Position numbers and translations under genes: made by a program. The notes under the pieces were generated by a model. That model saw only the letters and a list, made by a program, of their open reading frames with translations. It was not told the DNA's origin and made no database searches. A stretch of 64,000 nt of DNA from an uncultured Kiritimatiellota bacterium (GTDB lineage: Bacteria; Verrucomicrobiota; Kiritimatiellia; RFP12; DVOR01), in the NCBI GenBank assembly GCA_944389945.1, contig CALXOF010000012.1:1261-65260 (forward strand), read 5' to 3'. Positions 62,150-64,000 of the stretch are shown piece after piece. Position 1 is the stretch's first letter; each line of letters opens with the position of its first letter.

Positions 62150-64000
62150 TCAGCGTAGGGTTTTCGGAGGAATGGCACGATAGGTCTCACGCAACCGGCG
62201 CCGCGTCTTCTTCTGCGGCGCGATTCGGGATGCCAAGCGTAACAGGTGCCACCGCAGCGGATAGTGGAAAGCTTTGTCGCGGCGATGCCAAATCGGTTTG
62301 GTGGGGTCCATCGTGGACCAATCCGCCGAACCGCTTGGGAGATTGACGCGCGGGAAACACTCGTAGGCCGAGAAGGCCCCCACCCCGCCGTCCAGCTTGG
62401 CAAGGATGGAAAAGGCCGCTTGGTCGTGCCGATGCTCACGGAAGGTGGGGTCGTTGGGAGCACGCGAAGGAGTGTCGTCCATCAACGCGAAGTCCTCTTC
62501 CCACAGCGCCGCCCATCGCTTGAGAAAAGCGATTGCTTCCGGGCACTTGCGTACGATGAGCGTCCCCGACTGGATGGTGGCGGAATCCAAAATATCCGAG
62601 CGGTCGCGCACGCCCAGACGGTCGAGCAAGTCGCCCTTCGTCCAGTTCCGGTCGCAATAGCCCTCCAGCCTCGTGCCCACGATGCCCGTCGGCGACTGCC
62701 GCGCCATCTCAAAATAGGCCTCCAGCCGCACCCGCCCGGAGCGAAGGAGCCTGCACCCTCCATCCACATAAAGCAGATAGTCCCCCTCGTCCATTCCCTC
62801 GAGCGTCCGCAGAATCACCTCCGGCTTCCACACCCAATAGCCGAACCCGCGCACTCCGGGACGTAACCACTGCCCAAAACGTTCCCGAAACGCGGGAGAG
62901 AGATCACGCTCATCGTAGACGTGCACCGCATTGAACGCCCGCATTGCTCGGGCCTCGCGGCCAATGCGCCGCAGACTCTTCTCCAACCTCCGATCCGCGA
63001 AGGTCAAAAAGACATGGCGTGGACGTTGCTCCAGATGGCACTTACCAAAACGGCCTTTCCACCTCCAAGGCAAGAGTCCCCAGCGCCACCGCAATGGGAA
63101 ATCTTTCAACCGCAGGAACCCGCATGCAAAAAGGCGTGCCAACATCGCATCCGCCGCCTTCTGCAACGCGGAATCGCCTCGCCCCTCTCTACCCAACGTC
63201 TTGATCAACTGCTTGATCATCTTTGGGAAGAGCGTTTGACACATCCGCCGCAACACCTCCGGACGGTCACTGAAGATAAACGCCATGTCACGGAGTGTCC
63301 GCTCGAAGGCTTCCACCCGCTCCACCCCAAACTGCTTTTGGGCGATCGCCTCATCCGTATTCATATAAAAGTAGAGCGGCAAGGGAATCCACACGCCGCG
63401 CTTGGCCTGATGCAGGAAACGAAAATTGAAGTTGACTTCCTCCCCCTCCCGCAATTCCGGCACAAACCGCATCCCGCCCAGGGCCTCGCGCCGATAGAGG
63501 AAGCGACACACCCCAGGCGTCTCCCACTGCGTCCCCTCACCAAAGAAATCCGGCGCCGGATTCTCCAGCCACCGAATCAACGCATTCGGCAACGCACGCA
63601 CCGCCGTCTCCGGCGTCGCGTTGCCTCCGACCCGTTCAAACCCAAAGAGCGCAAAGTCACAATCCGGAGCACCAGACAACGCCTCGACTGTACGAGCCAA
63701 CCATTCCGGATGCACAAAATCATCCGCGTCCACGAACGCCAAGAAGCGCCCCGTTGCCACGTCCATCCCGGCGTTCCGCGCATGGGAGACCCCTCCATTG
63801 GCCTGCGTGACAACCGTTAGTCGGGGTTCGGCGCGAAAGGCCTCCCGCGCCCGCTCCACCGCCCCGTCCGTGCTTCCATCGTCCACCACAATGACTTCGA
63901 AATCCCGCCACGTCTGCGCAAACAGCGAACGCAGACACACCATTAGGTGATCGCCCGCGTTGTACACCGGCACAACAATGGAAACCAACCATTTACTCAT
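62150..64000 (-). CDS. GT2 glycosyltransferase fused to a second DxD-type sugar-transferase-like domain
   Basis: SIVVPVYN, DDGSTD, FVDADD; then GYWVWKP, LYVDGGC, HRHDQ. Confidence 0.85.
   Translation of the reverse strand: MSKWLVSIVVPVYNAGDHLMVCLRSLFAQTWRDFEVIVVDDGSTDGAVERAREAFRAEPRLTVVTQANGGVSHARNAGMDVATGRFLAFVDADDFVHPEWLARTVEALSGAPDCDFALFGFERVGGNATPETAVRALPNALIRWLENPAPDFFGEGTQWETPGVCRFLYRREALGGMRFVPELREGEEVNFNFRFLHQAKRGVWIPLPLYFYMNTDEAIAQKQFGVERVEAFERTLRDMAFIFSDRPEVLRRMCQTLFPKMIKQLIKTLGREGRGDSALQKAADAMLARLFACGFLRLKDFPLRWRWGLLPWRWKGRFGKCHLEQRPRHVFLTFADRRLEKSLRRIGREARAMRAFNAVHVYDERDLSPAFRERFGQWLRPGVRGFGYWVWKPEVILRTLEGMDEGDYLLYVDGGCRLLRSGRVRLEAYFEMARQSPTGIVGTRLEGYCDRNWTKGDLLDRLGVRDRSDILDSATIQSGTLIVRKCPEAIAFLKRWAALWEEDFALMDDTPSRAPNDPTFREHRHDQAAFSILAKLDGGVGAFSAYECFPRVNLPSGSADWSTMDPTKPIWHRRDKAFHYPLRWHLLRLASRIAPQKKTRRRLRETYRAIPPKTLR

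Overview
GC-rich bacterial chromosomal segment from a Gram-negative organism (waaA, LPS glycosyltransferases). Gene style suggests an anaerobic PVC-superphylum lineage such as Kiritimatiellota, but that is inference only. Most of the window is housekeeping: metX-metW fusion, cysE, trmL, tRNA-Cys, queF/queC, pheS, mutY, gyrB, gdhA, NfnAB-like pair, thiC, argG, tsaD, pyrF, waaA, plus many glycan-modifying enzymes. Best candidate for an undescribed system: the 1-6279 operon. It encodes an atypical 831-aa Hsp70 with an inserted beta-rich domain and no canonical linker, a short GrpE-like protein, two paralogous membrane-anchored Zn-ribbon proteins (the complete one carries an HPD-less J-like domain), and a TPR-TM protein with an OmpA-like C-terminus. 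Next to it lies a nested mobile element: a frameshifted rve-type IS inside a MITE-like element with a target-site duplication. Intergenic DNA is built from shuffled repeat modules: MITE ends, 23-bp-periodic CTATAG palindrome arrays, hairpin-heptamer-hairpin units and a conserved 68-nt hairpin. Also seen: a poly-G frameshift in a GT8 gene, a QueF with a large disordered N-terminus, and a kb-scale sawtooth G/C skew. All calls are by-eye motif recognition; no searches were run.
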